Position numbers and translations under genes: made by a program. A model generated the notes under the pieces. It was not told where the DNA came from, did no database searches, and saw only the letters and a list, made by a program, of their open reading frames with translations. Source: Pseudomonas aeruginosa (GTDB lineage Bacteria > Pseudomonadota > Gammaproteobacteria > Pseudomonadales > Pseudomonadaceae). Taken from it: 32,000 bases of DNA. Where the stretch lies: positions 1,890,001 through 1,922,000 of the forward strand of contig NZ_LN831024.1 of assembly GCF_001457615.1 (NCBI RefSeq). Direction: 5' to 3'. Positions 15,041-26,201 of the stretch are shown piece after piece; within the stretch, counting starts at the first letter, position 1; every line of letters starts with the position of its first letter.

Positions 15041-16045
15041 TCAGTCGCGGGCGGCGGCCAGCGCCAGGGCGCTGTCCAGCATGCGGTTGGAGAAGCCCCA
15101 CTCGTTGTCGTACCAGGCCATCGCCTTGACCAGCCGGCCGCTGACCTTGGTGTGGTTGGCGTCGAAGATCGACGAGCGCAGGTCGTGATTGAAATCCACC
15201 GACACCAGCGGCTGGGTGTTGTAGCCGAGCACCGGAGAGCCCTCGCTGGCCTCGCGCAGCAGGCGGTTGACCTCGTCTACGCTGGTATCCCGGGCCACCT
15301 GCACGGTGAGATCGACCAGCGACACGTTGATCACCGGCACCCGCACCGCCAGCCCGGTAAGCTTGCCGGCGAGTTCCGGCAGGACCAGGCCGACCGCCTC
15401 GGCGGCGCCGGTCTTGGTGGGGATCATCGACTGGGTCGCCGAACGTGCGCGGTACAGGTCCGGGTGGTACACGTCGGAGAGGTTCTGGTCGTTGGTGTAG
15501 GCATGGATGGTGGTCATCAGGCCGTGCTCGATGCCCAGCTCGCGATGCAGCACCTGGGCCACCGGTGCCAGGCAGTTGGTGGTGCAGGAGGCGTTCGAGA
15601 CGATCCGATGGGAGGCGCGCAGCACCTCGTGGTTGACGCCGTAGACCACGGTGGCGTCGACGTCCTTGCCGGGCGCCGAGATCAGCACCTTGCCGGCGCC
15701 GGCCTGCAGGTGGGCAGCGGCTTTGTCGCGGCTGGTGAAGAGCCCCGTGCACTCGAGCACGATGTCCACGCCGAGGCTCTTCCAGGGCAGTTCCGCCGGG
15801 TTGCGGATGGCGCTGACGGCGATGCGGTCGCCCATCACCCGCAGGCTTTCGGCATCGTGCTCGACCTCGCCGGGAAAGCGTCCATGGACGCTGTCGTACT
15901 GGAACAGGTGAGCGTTGACCGCGGCGTCGCCGAGGTCATTGATCGCCACTACCTGCAACTGTTCGCGGTAGTGGCCGGTATACAGGGCGCGAAGAACGTT
16001 TCGGCCGATGCGACCGAAGCCGTTGATGGCCAGGCGGATAGTCAT
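15041..16045 (-). CDS. gapA: Glyceraldehyde-3-phosphate dehydrogenase (334 aa).
   Basis: [12 protein letters not shown]-binding motif, active site [12 protein letters not shown], and [11 protein letters not shown] near the C-terminus. Confidence 0.95.
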   Translation of the reverse strand: MTIRLAINGFGRIGRNVLRALYTGHYREQLQVVAINDLGDAAVNAHLFQYDSVHGRFPGEVEHDAESLRVMGDRIAVSAIRNPAELPWKSLGVDIVLECTGLFTSRDKAAAHLQAGAGKVLISAPGKDVDATVVYGVNHEVLRASHRIVSNASCTTNCLAPVAQVLHRELGIEHGLMTTIHAYTNDQNLSDVYHPDLYRARSATQSMIPTKTGAAEAVGLVLPELAGKLTGLAVRVPVINVSLVDLTVQVARDTSVDEVNRLLREASEGSPVLGYNTQPLVSVDFNHDLRSSIFDANHTKVSGRLVKAMAWYDNEWGFSNRMLDSALALAAARD

Positions 16046-16069
16046 AATGAGGTCGTCTCTTTTCTATTG

Positions 16070-16084
16070 TTGTGGTAAAAACCA
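16070..16084. promoter_or_regulatory. Operator-like dyad on the gapA side of the gapA/edd intergenic region.
   Basis: TTGT-GGTAAAA-ACCA is one mismatch from TTGT-N7-ACAA. The core TGGTAAAAACCA (16073-16084) is a perfect dyad and reads TGGTTTTTACCA on the other strand. Confidence 0.3.
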
Positions 16085-16134
16085 TTACATTTCGTCCAGA
16101 AAGAAAAGTAAACATCCTTCAACCGATGATTATG

Positions 16135-16149
16135 TTGTAAAAACAACAA
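16135..16149. promoter_or_regulatory. Candidate HexR operator upstream of edd.
   Basis: TTGT-AAAAACA-ACAA fits exactly the HexR consensus TTGT-N7/8-ACAA that I recall from P. putida. It is embedded in the dyad TGTTG-N6-CAACA (16133-16148), 26-40 nt upstream of the edd ATG. Confidence 0.5.
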
Positions 16150-16174
16150 TTGATAGTCTGTAGGAGAATCTGCC

Positions 16175-18001
<1,827 letters not shown>

Positions 18002-18103
18002 TTCTGATAGGTCGATATCCGCCGGCGCTTGGCTGGCGGCTGTCTCTCCGGCAACATCTGCCGACCGTCCCGCCCTGGCGCGGGGCATTGCGGTTCAACG
18101 ACG

Positions 18104-19099
18104 ATGAATAACGACAACAAGAGAAGCGCCGGCGGCCTCGGCCTGGTCGGCGATATCGGCGGCACCAATGCGCGTTTCGCGCTCTGGCGCGGGCAGCGCC
18201 TGGAATCCATCGAGGTGCTCGCCTGCGCCGACTACCCGCGGCCTGAACTGGCCGTGCGCGACTACCTGGCGCGGATCGGCGAATCGGTGGCGAACATCGA
18301 CTCGGTCTGCCTGGCCTGCGCCGGTCCGGTCGGGGCGGCCGATTTCCGTTTCACCAACAACCACTGGGTGATCAATCGTGCCGCGTTCCGCGAGGAGCTG
18401 GGGCTGGATCACCTGCTGCTGGTCAACGACTTCAGCACCATGGCCTGGGCCGCCTCGCGGCTAGGTGCGGACGAGCTGGTGCAGGTCCGCGCCGGCAGCG
18501 CCCAGGCGGATCGCGCCCGGCTGATCATCGGTCCCGGCACCGGCCTTGGCGTCGGCAGCCTGCTGCCGCTGGGCGGGGGACGTTGGGAAGTGCTGCCCTG
18601 CGAGGGCGGGCACGTCGACCTGCCGGTCACTTCGCCGCGCGACTTCGCGCTCTGGCAGGGCCTGCAGGCGCGCTACGGACATGTCTCCGCCGAGCGCGCA
18701 CTGTCCGGCAACGGCCTGCTCGCCCTCTATGAAATCAGCTGTGCCCTGGACGGGGTCGCCGTACGCGCGAGCAGTGCGGCGGAAGTCGGTGCCCTGGCCA
18801 TGGCCGGCGACGCCCAGGCGGACGCCGTGCTGGAGCACTTCTTCCTGTGGCTGGCGCGGGTCGCCGGCAACGCGGTGCTCACCGTCGGCGCGCTCGGTGG
18901 CGTCTACATTACCGGCGGCATCGTCCCGCGTTTCCTCGAGCGTTTCATCGCCAGCGGCTTCGCCGAGGCCTTCGCCAGCCGTGGCAAGACTAGCGGCGCT
19001 TACCTGCAGGACGTACCGGTGTGGGTCATGACCGCCGAACATCCGGGCCTGCTCGGCGCCGGGGTCGCCCTGCAGCAGGCCCTGGACGCCGAGGGCTGA
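18104..19099 (+). CDS. glk: Glucokinase (331 aa).
   Basis: [18 protein letters not shown]-binding motif with Glk-family sequence throughout. I chose ATG 18104 rather than the track start at 18029. Confidence 0.9.
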   Translation: MNNDNKRSAGGLGLVGDIGGTNARFALWRGQRLESIEVLACADYPRPELAVRDYLARIGESVANIDSVCLACAGPVGAADFRFTNNHWVINRAAFREELGLDHLLLVNDFSTMAWAASRLGADELVQVRAGSAQADRARLIIGPGTGLGVGSLLPLGGGRWEVLPCEGGHVDLPVTSPRDFALWQGLQARYGHVSAERALSGNGLLALYEISCALDGVAVRASSAAEVGALAMAGDAQADAVLEHFFLWLARVAGNAVLTVGALGGVYITGGIVPRFLERFIASGFAEAFASRGKTSGAYLQDVPVWVMTAEHPGLLGAGVALQQALDAEG

Positions 19100-19133
19100 G
19101 TCGGCGTCGAGCAACCGCATAAGGAGGAGCCTC

Positions 19134-19862
19134 GTGAGCGCGAACGGACGATCGATCCTGCTGGTGGACGATGACCAGGAAATCCGCGAATTGCTGGAGA
19201 CCTACCTGAGCCGCGCCGGCTTCCAGGTCCGCAGCGTCTCGCGGGGCGCCGACTTCCGCCAGGCGCTGTGCGAGGAGGAGGCGAGCCTGGCGATCCTCGA
19301 CGTGATGCTGCCGGACGAGGACGGCTTCAGCCTCTGTCGCTGGATTCGCTCCCACCAGCGCCTGGCCTGCATGCCGATCATCATGCTCACCGCCAGTTCC
19401 GACGAGGCCGACCGGGTGATCGGCCTGGAACTGGGCGCCGACGACTACCTGGGCAAGCCGTTCAGCCCGCGCGAGCTGCTGGCGCGGATCAAGGCCCTGC
19501 TGCGCCGCGCGCAGTTCACCCAGGTGCGCGGTGGCGACGTACTGGCCTTCGAGGACTGGCGACTGGACACGGTCAGCCACCGGCTGTTCCACGAGGACGG
19601 CGAGGAGTTCTTCCTCAGCGGCGCGGATTTCGCCCTGCTCAAGCTGTTCCTCGACCATCCGCAGCAGATCCTCGACCGCGACACCATCGCCAACGCCACC
19701 CGCGGCCGCGAGGTGCTGCCGCTGGAGCGCATCGTCGACATGGCGGTCAGCCGCCTGCGCCAGCGCCTGCGCGACACCGGCAAGGCGCCGCGGCTGATCC
19801 AGACCGTGCGCGGCAGTGGCTACCTGCTGGCGGCGCAGGTGCGGCCGCACCTGCAGCCATGA
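19134..19862 (+). CDS. gltR: OmpR-family response regulator GltR (242 aa, GTG start).
   Basis: Receiver (ILLVDDD, ILDVMLPDEDG, DDYLGKP) plus winged-helix domain (IQTVRGSGY). AAGGAGGAG lies upstream of the GTG. Its position between glk and the sensor kinase matches the P. aeruginosa glucose-transport regulator. Confidence 0.9.
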   Translation: MSANGRSILLVDDDQEIRELLETYLSRAGFQVRSVSRGADFRQALCEEEASLAILDVMLPDEDGFSLCRWIRSHQRLACMPIIMLTASSDEADRVIGLELGADDYLGKPFSPRELLARIKALLRRAQFTQVRGGDVLAFEDWRLDTVSHRLFHEDGEEFFLSGADFALLKLFLDHPQQILDRDTIANATRGREVLPLERIVDMAVSRLRQRLRDTGKAPRLIQTVRGSGYLLAAQVRPHLQP

Positions 19863-21307
19863 GCGAACGGCGGCGCTGGTCGCCGGTGCCGCGCTCGCTG
19901 CTCGGGCGCATGCTGCTCCTGACCCTGCTCGCGGTGCTGGTCGCGCAAGGGCTTTCCAGCCTGTTCTGGCTGTCGCACCTGCGCTCCAGCCAGCGCGAGG
20001 GCCTGCTCACCAGCTCGCGCAGCCTGGCCTACTCGATGGCGGCCAGCGTCAGCTACTTCCGTTCCCTGCCGCTCGGCTACCGTCCGCTGGTGCTCGACCA
20101 GTTGCGCAGCATGGGCGGTACGCGCTTCTTCGTCTCGCTGAACGACCGGCCGCTGGAGATGCGTGCCCTGCCGGACACGCCGAACAAGCAGGCGGTGCTG
20201 GAGATCGTCCAGGACGTGTTGCACCAACGCCTGGGCAAGGAGGTCGAGCTGCAGGTCGAATTCGTCAGTCCCGACGAGCTGCGCCTGTTTAACGGCGCGC
20301 TGAAGCTCGACGAGCTGCCGCGTTCCTGGGCGCACTACGCGCTGACCCTGGAGCCGGTGAACCCGCCGGTGCTGGTGACCCAGATCCGCATCGGCGACAG
20401 CGAGTGGCTGTACATCGCCAGCCTGATGCCGGCGCCGTACGTCAGCCTGGAACCCGAGGGACTGCAACCGCAGCAGGTGCTCTCGATCGTTTTCACCAGC
20501 CTGTTGCTGCTGCTTTTCACCGGTTTGCTGATGCATTGGCAGAGCCGTCCGCTCAAGCGCCTGGCGCGCGCCGCCCGCGACCTGGCCCTGGGCAGTCCGT
20601 CGGCAGCGCTGGAGGAGCGCGGCGCCAGCGAACTGGTGGAGGTGGCGCGCGCCTTCAACACCATGCATGAGCGCATCGACCGCTACCTGAACGAGCGCGG
20701 GCAGTTGTTCAGCGCCATCTCCCACGACCTGCGCACGCCGATCACCCGCCTGCGCCTGCGGGTAGAACTCCTCGAGGACGAGCGCTTGCAGGAGAAGTTC
20801 GGGCGTGACCTGGACGAGCTGGAACTGCTGGTGAAGGGTGCGCTGCAGTGCGTGAAGGACACCGATATCCACGAGAACGTCGAGCCGGTCGACCTCAACC
20901 TGTTGCTCCAGCACATCGCCGAGCCCTACCTGGCCGATGGCCGGGTGGAGGTCGTCGGTCGCGCCGCGGAGCCTTATCCGGGCAAGCCCCTGGCGCTCAA
21001 GCGCTGTATCGGCAACCTGCTGGACAATGCGCTGAAATACGGCGAACGCGCCCGCCTGAGCCTGGAGGACGGGCCGGAAGCGGTGGCGCTGCACGTCGAC
21101 GACGACGGCCCCGGCGTGCCCGAGCAGCGCCTGGAACAGATCTTCGAGCCGCGCTTCCGTCTGTCTCCGCGAGGGCAGGGCTACGGGCTGGGCCTGGGCA
21201 TTGCGCGCAACATCGCGCACACCCATGGCGGCGAAGTCAGTTTGCAGAACCGTCGCGAGGGCGGCCTGCGGGTCAGCCTGCGCTTGCCGCGCCTGGGGCT
21301 GGAGTGA
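19859..21307 (+). CDS. gtrS: Sensor histidine kinase GtrS (482 aa).
   Basis: MSERRRWSPVPRSLLGRMLLLTLLAVLVAQGL is TM1. There is a periplasmic domain, TM2, a HAMP domain, H-box SHDLRTPITRLRL, N-box GNLLDNALKYG, G1 DDGPGV and G2 GYGLGLGI. The ATG overlaps the gltR stop (ATGA). The upstream part of the 679-aa track ORF is off-frame gltR. Confidence 0.9.
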   Translation: MSERRRWSPVPRSLLGRMLLLTLLAVLVAQGLSSLFWLSHLRSSQREGLLTSSRSLAYSMAASVSYFRSLPLGYRPLVLDQLRSMGGTRFFVSLNDRPLEMRALPDTPNKQAVLEIVQDVLHQRLGKEVELQVEFVSPDELRLFNGALKLDELPRSWAHYALTLEPVNPPVLVTQIRIGDSEWLYIASLMPAPYVSLEPEGLQPQQVLSIVFTSLLLLLFTGLLMHWQSRPLKRLARAARDLALGSPSAALEERGASELVEVARAFNTMHERIDRYLNERGQLFSAISHDLRTPITRLRLRVELLEDERLQEKFGRDLDELELLVKGALQCVKDTDIHENVEPVDLNLLLQHIAEPYLADGRVEVVGRAAEPYPGKPLALKRCIGNLLDNALKYGERARLSLEDGPEAVALHVDDDGPGVPEQRLEQIFEPRFRLSPRGQGYGLGLGIARNIAHTHGGEVSLQNRREGGLRVSLRLPRLGLE

Positions 21308-21331
21308 TGGGCTGGCCTGCCGGGCCCTTGA

Positions 21332-21645
21332 ACGAGGCGGGCAGGCACGAGGTTCTCCCGTGTTCTGCGGCAGCCGCAGACAGAGGCGGAGCGGGCGCTA
21401 TGGCAGTGTTTGCGCGGGCATCGATTGCTCGGGCTGAAGTTTCGTCGGCAGAAGGTTCTCGGGCCGTACATCGTCGATTTCGTCTGCCATGAGCGGATGC
21501 TGGTGATCGAACTGGATGGTGGGCAGCATGTGGGTTCGCCGGCCGATGCCTGGCTGGAGAGCCGGGGTCCAGGGTACTGCGTTTCTGGAACGACAAGGTG
21601 CTGCCGCGCAGGGAGGTGCTGCTGGAGGTCATTTTCGTGTTGTAG
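21332..21645 (+). pseudogene. DUF559 (Vsr-like endonuclease domain) gene relic. It is frameshifted and lacks a canonical start.
   Basis: Frame 2 reads ...RVLRQPQTEAERALWQCLRGHRLLGLKFRRQKVLGPYIVDFVCHERMLVIELDGGQH...AWLESRG. The conserved C-terminal part (S)RVLRFWNDKVLPRREVLLEVIFVL* continues in frame 1 from about 21568. The switch falls at a G run (21564-21567). There is no ATG or GTG between the upstream in-frame stop (21329) and the conserved N-terminal motif. Confidence 0.6.
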
Positions 21646-21831
21646 GAGGTTTCTGTCGCGAAACCGCCTTGCCGAGTTCGAGTCCAGATTTTCCTGCTCT
21701 GCCTCAATCCCAATGTAACCACTCCGTGACAAACCCGGATCGCTTCGTTACCCGCGACGCGGAACGCTTGAATAGACTCGAAGCATTGCAAGCGCAGACT
21801 TGCTCCGAATAACAAGAAGAAGGTTTTCCTC

Positions 21832-23094
21832 ATGAATGCGATCCGTCGCCTCTCTGCCGTCATCTGTCTTTCCTCCCTCTGTCTCTCCCCGCTGCTGGCC
21901 CAGGCCGGCGAAGTCGAAGTGCTGCACTGGTGGACCTCCGCCGGCGAGAAGCGCGCCGCCGAAACCCTGAAGAAGCTGGTCGAAGCCAAGGGCCACACCT
22001 GGAAGGACTTCGCCGTGGCCGGCGGTGGCGGCGAGGCGGCGATGACCGTGCTGAAGACCCGCGCGGTGTCCGGCAATCCGCCGGCCGCGGCGCAGATCAA
22101 GGGGCCGGATATCCAGGAGTGGGGCGAACTGGGCCTGCTCGCCGACCTCAACGCGGTGGCCGCCGAAGGCAAGTGGGACAGCCTGCTGCCGAAGCAGGTG
22201 GCGCAGATCATGAAGTACGACGGCGACTACGTAGCAGTGCCGATCAACGTACACCGGGTGAACTGGCTCTACATCAACCCGGAAGTGTTCAAGAAGGCCG
22301 GCGCCACCCCGCCGACCACCCTCGACGAACTGTTCGTCGCCGCCGACAAGCTCAAGGCCGCCGGTTTCACGCCGCTGGCCCATGGCAGCCAACCGTGGCA
22401 GGACGGCACCGTGTTCGAGAACCTGGTGCTGAGCAAGATGGGTCCGGAAGGCTATCGCAAGGCCTTCGTCGAACAGGACAAGGCGACCCTCACCGGAGCG
22501 CAGATGGTCGAGGTGTTCGCCGCGCTGAAGAAGCTCCGCGGCTATGTCGATGCCGACGCCGCCGGTCGCGAATGGAGCGCCGCCACGGCGATGGTGATCA
22601 ACGGCAAGGCCGGGATGCAGATCATGGGCGACTGGGCGAAGAGCGAGTTCACCGCCGCCGGCAAGGTGCCGGGCAAGGACTACCAGTGCCTGCCGTTCCC
22701 CGGCACGCAGAAAGCCTTCGACTACAACATCGACTCGCTGGTGATGTTCAAGCTGAGCAACGCGGAGAACCGCAAGGCCCAGGAAGACCTGGCGCGCAGC
22801 GTGCTCGACCCGTCCTTCCAGAAGGACTTCAACCTCAACAAGGGCTCCATCCCGGTTCGCCTGGACGCCGACATGGCGCCGTTCGACAGTTGCGCCCAGC
22901 AGTCGATGAAGGACTTCAAGCAGGCTTCCCAGGACGGCAACCTGGTGCCGAGCATGGCCCACAGCATGGCCGCTTCCAGCTACGTGCAGGGGGCGATCTT
23001 CGACGTGGTGACCAACTTCTTCAACGACCCCGCCGCGGATCCGCAGAAGGCCGCCCAGCAACTGGCGGCCGCCATCGAGGCGGCGGCGCAGTAA
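21832..23094 (+). CDS. gltB: Periplasmic glucose/sugar-binding protein of the ABC transporter (420 aa).
   Basis: Signal peptide ([25 protein letters not shown]) and family-1 sugar SBP sequence ([12 protein letters not shown]...). It is the first gene of the gltBFGK-oprB block. Confidence 0.9.
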   Translation: MNAIRRLSAVICLSSLCLSPLLAQAGEVEVLHWWTSAGEKRAAETLKKLVEAKGHTWKDFAVAGGGGEAAMTVLKTRAVSGNPPAAAQIKGPDIQEWGELGLLADLNAVAAEGKWDSLLPKQVAQIMKYDGDYVAVPINVHRVNWLYINPEVFKKAGATPPTTLDELFVAADKLKAAGFTPLAHGSQPWQDGTVFENLVLSKMGPEGYRKAFVEQDKATLTGAQMVEVFAALKKLRGYVDADAAGREWSAATAMVINGKAGMQIMGDWAKSEFTAAGKVPGKDYQCLPFPGTQKAFDYNIDSLVMFKLSNAENRKAQEDLARSVLDPSFQKDFNLNKGSIPVRLDADMAPFDSCAQQSMKDFKQASQDGNLVPSMAHSMAASSYVQGAIFDVVTNFFNDPAADPQKAAQQLAAAIEAAAQ

Positions 23095-23103
23095 GTCCCT
23101 GGC

Positions 23104-23166
23104 GCGGAGCCCGGCCTGGGCTCCGCTCGATCCTCCCGACTGGCTCCGTGCCGCCGAGCGGCACGG
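23104..23166 (+). promoter_or_regulatory. Two tandem perfect 9-bp GC hairpins in the gltB-gltF spacer (intra-operon RNA stabiliser/attenuator candidates).
   Basis: The first is GCGGAGCCC-GGCCT-GGGCTCCGC (23104-23126). The second is CCGTGCCGC-CGA-GCGGCACGG (23146-23166). Neither is followed by a U tract. Confidence 0.5.
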
Positions 23167-23194
23167 GTGGGTTCCTTCGCACGCGAGAAAACGC

Positions 23195-24127
23195 ATGGCG
23201 ACCAATTCCCCTGTCTATCCCAAGGCTCCGGTAGCGCCTCGTCGCGTCTCGCCACTCGATCGCCTGCAAGGCTGGCTGCCGAAGCTGGTGCTGGCGCCAA
23301 GCGTGGTCGTGGTGCTGTTCTGCATGTATGGCTACATCGGCTGGACGCTGCTGCTGTCCTTCACCAACTCGCGCTTCATGCCCAGCTACAAGTGGGCCGG
23401 GCTGAGCCAGTACCAGCGCCTGTGGGACAACGACCGCTGGTGGGTGGCGAGCAAGAACCTGCTGCTCTTCGGCGGCTCGTTCATCGCCATCTGCCTGGTG
23501 CTCGGAGTGTTCCTCGCAGTGCTGCTGGACCAGCGCATCCGCCGCGAAGGCTTCATCCGCACCCTCTACCTGTATCCCATGGCGTTGTCGATGATCGTCA
23601 CCGGCACCGCCTGGAAGTGGCTGCTCAATCCGGGCCTGGGCCTGGACAAGCTGCTCCGCGACTGGGGCTGGGAAGGTTTCCGCTTCGACTGGCTGGTGGA
23701 CCCGGAGCGGGTCGTCTACTGCCTGGTGATCGCCGCCGTGTGGCAGGCCTCCGGCTTCGTCATGGCGCTGTTCCTCGCCGGCCTGCGCGGGGTCGACCCG
23801 GCCATCGTGCGCGCCGCCCAGGTCGACGGTGCGAGCCTGCCGACCATCTACCTGCGCATCGTCCTGCCGAGCCTGCGCCCGGTGTTCTTCAGCGCGCTGA
23901 TGATCCTCGCCCATATCGCGATCAAGAGCTTCGACCTGGTGGCGGCGATGACCGCCGGCGGCCCGGGTTATTCCTCCGACCTGCCGGCGATGTTCATGTA
24001 TGCGCATACCTTCACCCGTGGCCAGATGGGGCTCGGCGCGGCGAGCGCGATGCTGATGCTCGGCGCTGTACTGGCGATCGTGGTGCCTTACCTGTATTCC
24101 GAACTGCGAGGCAAGCGCCATGCGTGA
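23195..24127 (+). CDS. gltF: Sugar ABC transporter permease, MalF-like (310 aa).
   Basis: Six hydrophobic segments and an EAA-type loop (RAAQVDGASLPTIYLRIVLPSLRP). Confidence 0.9.
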   Translation: MATNSPVYPKAPVAPRRVSPLDRLQGWLPKLVLAPSVVVVLFCMYGYIGWTLLLSFTNSRFMPSYKWAGLSQYQRLWDNDRWWVASKNLLLFGGSFIAICLVLGVFLAVLLDQRIRREGFIRTLYLYPMALSMIVTGTAWKWLLNPGLGLDKLLRDWGWEGFRFDWLVDPERVVYCLVIAAVWQASGFVMALFLAGLRGVDPAIVRAAQVDGASLPTIYLRIVLPSLRPVFFSALMILAHIAIKSFDLVAAMTAGGPGYSSDLPAMFMYAHTFTRGQMGLGAASAMLMLGAVLAIVVPYLYSELRGKRHA

Positions 24128-24965
24128 CGCGTCCCTGAACCCGAGCTTCAGCGTCAGCCGCCTGGCCGTGCACCTGACCCTCTGGGGCGCCTGCGCGCTT
24201 TACCTGGTGCCGCTGCTGGTGATGCTGCTGACCAGCTTCAAGACGCCGGACGACATCCGCACCGGCAACCTGCTGTCGCTGCCCGACACCTTCACCGTCA
24301 TCGGCTGGCTCAAGGCCTGGGACAGCGTCGGCGCGTTCTTCTGGAACTCGGTGCTGATCACCGTGCCCGGCGTGCTGATCTCCACCTTCATCGGCGCGTT
24401 GAACGGCTACGTGCTGTCGATGTGGCGCTTCCGCGGTTCCCAGCTGTTCTTCGGCGCGCTGTTGTTCGGCTGCTTCCTGCCGTTCCAGGTGATCCTCCTG
24501 CCGATGTCCTTCACCCTCGGCAAGCTCGGCCTGGCCAATACCACCAGTGGCCTGGTGCTGGTCCACGTGATCTACGGCCTGGCCTTCACCACGCTGTTCT
24601 TCCGCAACTATTTCGTGGCGATCCCGGATGCCCTGGTCAAGGCCGCGCGCCTGGACGGCGCCGGCTTCTTCACCATCTTCCTGCGCATCCTGCTACCGAT
24701 GTCCACGCCCATCGTGATGGTCTGCCTGATCTGGCAGTTCACCCAGATCTGGAACGACTTCCTGTTCGGCGTGGTGTTCGCCAGCGGCGATTCGCAACCG
24801 ATCACCGTGGCCCTGAACAACCTGGTGAACATCACCACCGGGGTCAAGGAATACAACGTCGACATGGCCGCGGCGATGATCGCCGCGCTGCCCACGCTGG
24901 TGGTCTACGTACTGGCCGGCAAGTACTTCGTGCGCGGCCTCACCGCCGGCGCCGTGAAAGGCTGA
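24120..24965 (+). CDS. gltG: Sugar ABC transporter permease, MalG-like (281 aa).
   Basis: EAA loop KAARLDGAGFFTIFLRILLPMSTP. There is an 8-nt overlap with gltF. Confidence 0.9.
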   Translation: MRDASLNPSFSVSRLAVHLTLWGACALYLVPLLVMLLTSFKTPDDIRTGNLLSLPDTFTVIGWLKAWDSVGAFFWNSVLITVPGVLISTFIGALNGYVLSMWRFRGSQLFFGALLFGCFLPFQVILLPMSFTLGKLGLANTTSGLVLVHVIYGLAFTTLFFRNYFVAIPDALVKAARLDGAGFFTIFLRILLPMSTPIVMVCLIWQFTQIWNDFLFGVVFASGDSQPITVALNNLVNITTGVKEYNVDMAAAMIAALPTLVVYVLAGKYFVRGLTAGAVKG

Positions 24966-24997
24966 GACGGGTCGCTGACCCCGGAGACGAACGAAAC

Positions 24998-26158
24998 ATG
25001 GCAACCCTCGAACTGCGCAACCTGCACAAGAGCTACGGCAGCGGCCTGGCGGATACCCTCAGGGACATCCGGCTGAAGATCGACTCCGGCGAATTCCTGA
25101 TCCTCGTCGGGCCCTCGGGTTGCGGCAAGTCGACCCTGATGAACTGCATCGCCGGGCTGGAGAGCATCACCGGCGGTGCGATCCTGGTGGACGGCCAGGA
25201 CATCAGCGGCATGAGCCCCAAGGACCGCGACATCGCCATGGTCTTCCAGTCCTACGCCCTGTACCCGACCATGAGCGTGCGCGAGAACATCGCCTTCGGC
25301 CTGAAGATCCGCAAGATGCCCCAGGCCGCCATCGACGAGGAGGTGGCGCGGGTGGCCCGGCTGTTGCAGATCGAGCACCTGCTCGAACGCAAGCCCTCGC
25401 AGCTCTCCGGCGGCCAGCAGCAGCGGGTGGCCATGGGCCGGGCGCTGGCGCGGCGGCCCAAGGTCTACCTGTTCGACGAGCCGCTGTCCAACCTCGATGC
25501 CAAGCTGCGGGTGGAAATGCGCACCGAGCTGAAGCTGATGCACCAGCGGCTGAAGACCACGACCGTGTATGTCACCCACGACCAGATCGAGGCCATGACC
25601 CTCGGCGACAAGGTGGCGGTGATGAAGGACGGCGTCATCCAGCAGTTCGGCACGCCGCAGCAGATCTACAACGACCCGGCCAACCTGTTCGTCGCCAGCT
25701 TCATCGGTTCGCCGCCGATGAATTTCATTCCGTTGCGCCTGCAGCGCCGGGACGGACGCTGGACCGGCCTGCTCGATAGCGGCCAGGACCGTATCGAACT
25801 GCCGCTGAGCCTGGAGCCCGGCCTGGAGGAGGGGCGCGAGCTGATCCTCGGCGTACGACCGGAGCAGATCGCCCTGGGCGATGGCAGCGCTGCCCATGAC
25901 CTGCGTACCGAGGTCGAGGTGCTCGAACCGACCGGGCCGGACACCCTGGTCTTCGTCACCGTCAACCAGGTCAAGGTCTGTTGCCGCCTGGCGCCGGACG
26001 TCGCGCCGGCCGCGGGCAGCGGCATGAGCCTGCGCTTCGATCCCGCGCGGGTCCTGCTGTTCGACGCGCAGAGCGGCGAGCGCGTGGCCGTGCGCACGGC
26101 GGGCGTGGTGGCGGAGAAGGTCACCGCCTTGAACGGCAATCGCCAGAAGAACTCCTGA
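24998..26158 (+). CDS. gltK: Sugar ABC transporter ATP-binding protein, MalK-like (386 aa).
   Basis: Walker [11 protein letters not shown]-loop, signature [15 protein letters not shown], Walker [14 protein letters not shown]-loop VTHDQ, and a C-terminal MalK-type regulatory domain. I chose ATG 24998; the upstream track ORF is off-frame gltG. Confidence 0.9.
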   Translation: MATLELRNLHKSYGSGLADTLRDIRLKIDSGEFLILVGPSGCGKSTLMNCIAGLESITGGAILVDGQDISGMSPKDRDIAMVFQSYALYPTMSVRENIAFGLKIRKMPQAAIDEEVARVARLLQIEHLLERKPSQLSGGQQQRVAMGRALARRPKVYLFDEPLSNLDAKLRVEMRTELKLMHQRLKTTTVYVTHDQIEAMTLGDKVAVMKDGVIQQFGTPQQIYNDPANLFVASFIGSPPMNFIPLRLQRRDGRWTGLLDSGQDRIELPLSLEPGLEEGRELILGVRPEQIALGDGSAAHDLRTEVEVLEPTGPDTLVFVTVNQVKVCCRLAPDVAPAAGSGMSLRFDPARVLLFDAQSGERVAVRTAGVVAEKVTALNGNRQKNS

Positions 26159-26201
26159 ATCCTTTCGTACTGCCTAGACCACAACCACGAGGACGCTGGA
26201 A

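Noticed and set aside
21674-21685. GAGTTCGAGTCC, which resembles a tRNA T-arm/T-loop (GTTCGAGTC). It could have been a tRNA 3'-end fragment marking an old integration site next to the DUF559 relic.
   Set aside because: The flanking bases cannot form a T stem (CCGAG vs CCAGA). There is no acceptor-stem complement or CCA context, and no second direct-repeat copy in the window. This is most likely chance.
19820-23205. 468-aa, 312-aa and 485-aa - strand ORFs over gtrS, the spacer and gltB.
   Set aside because: The reason is the same: antisense to strongly supported genes with no motifs. The part over the spacer is antisense to the DUF559 relic.
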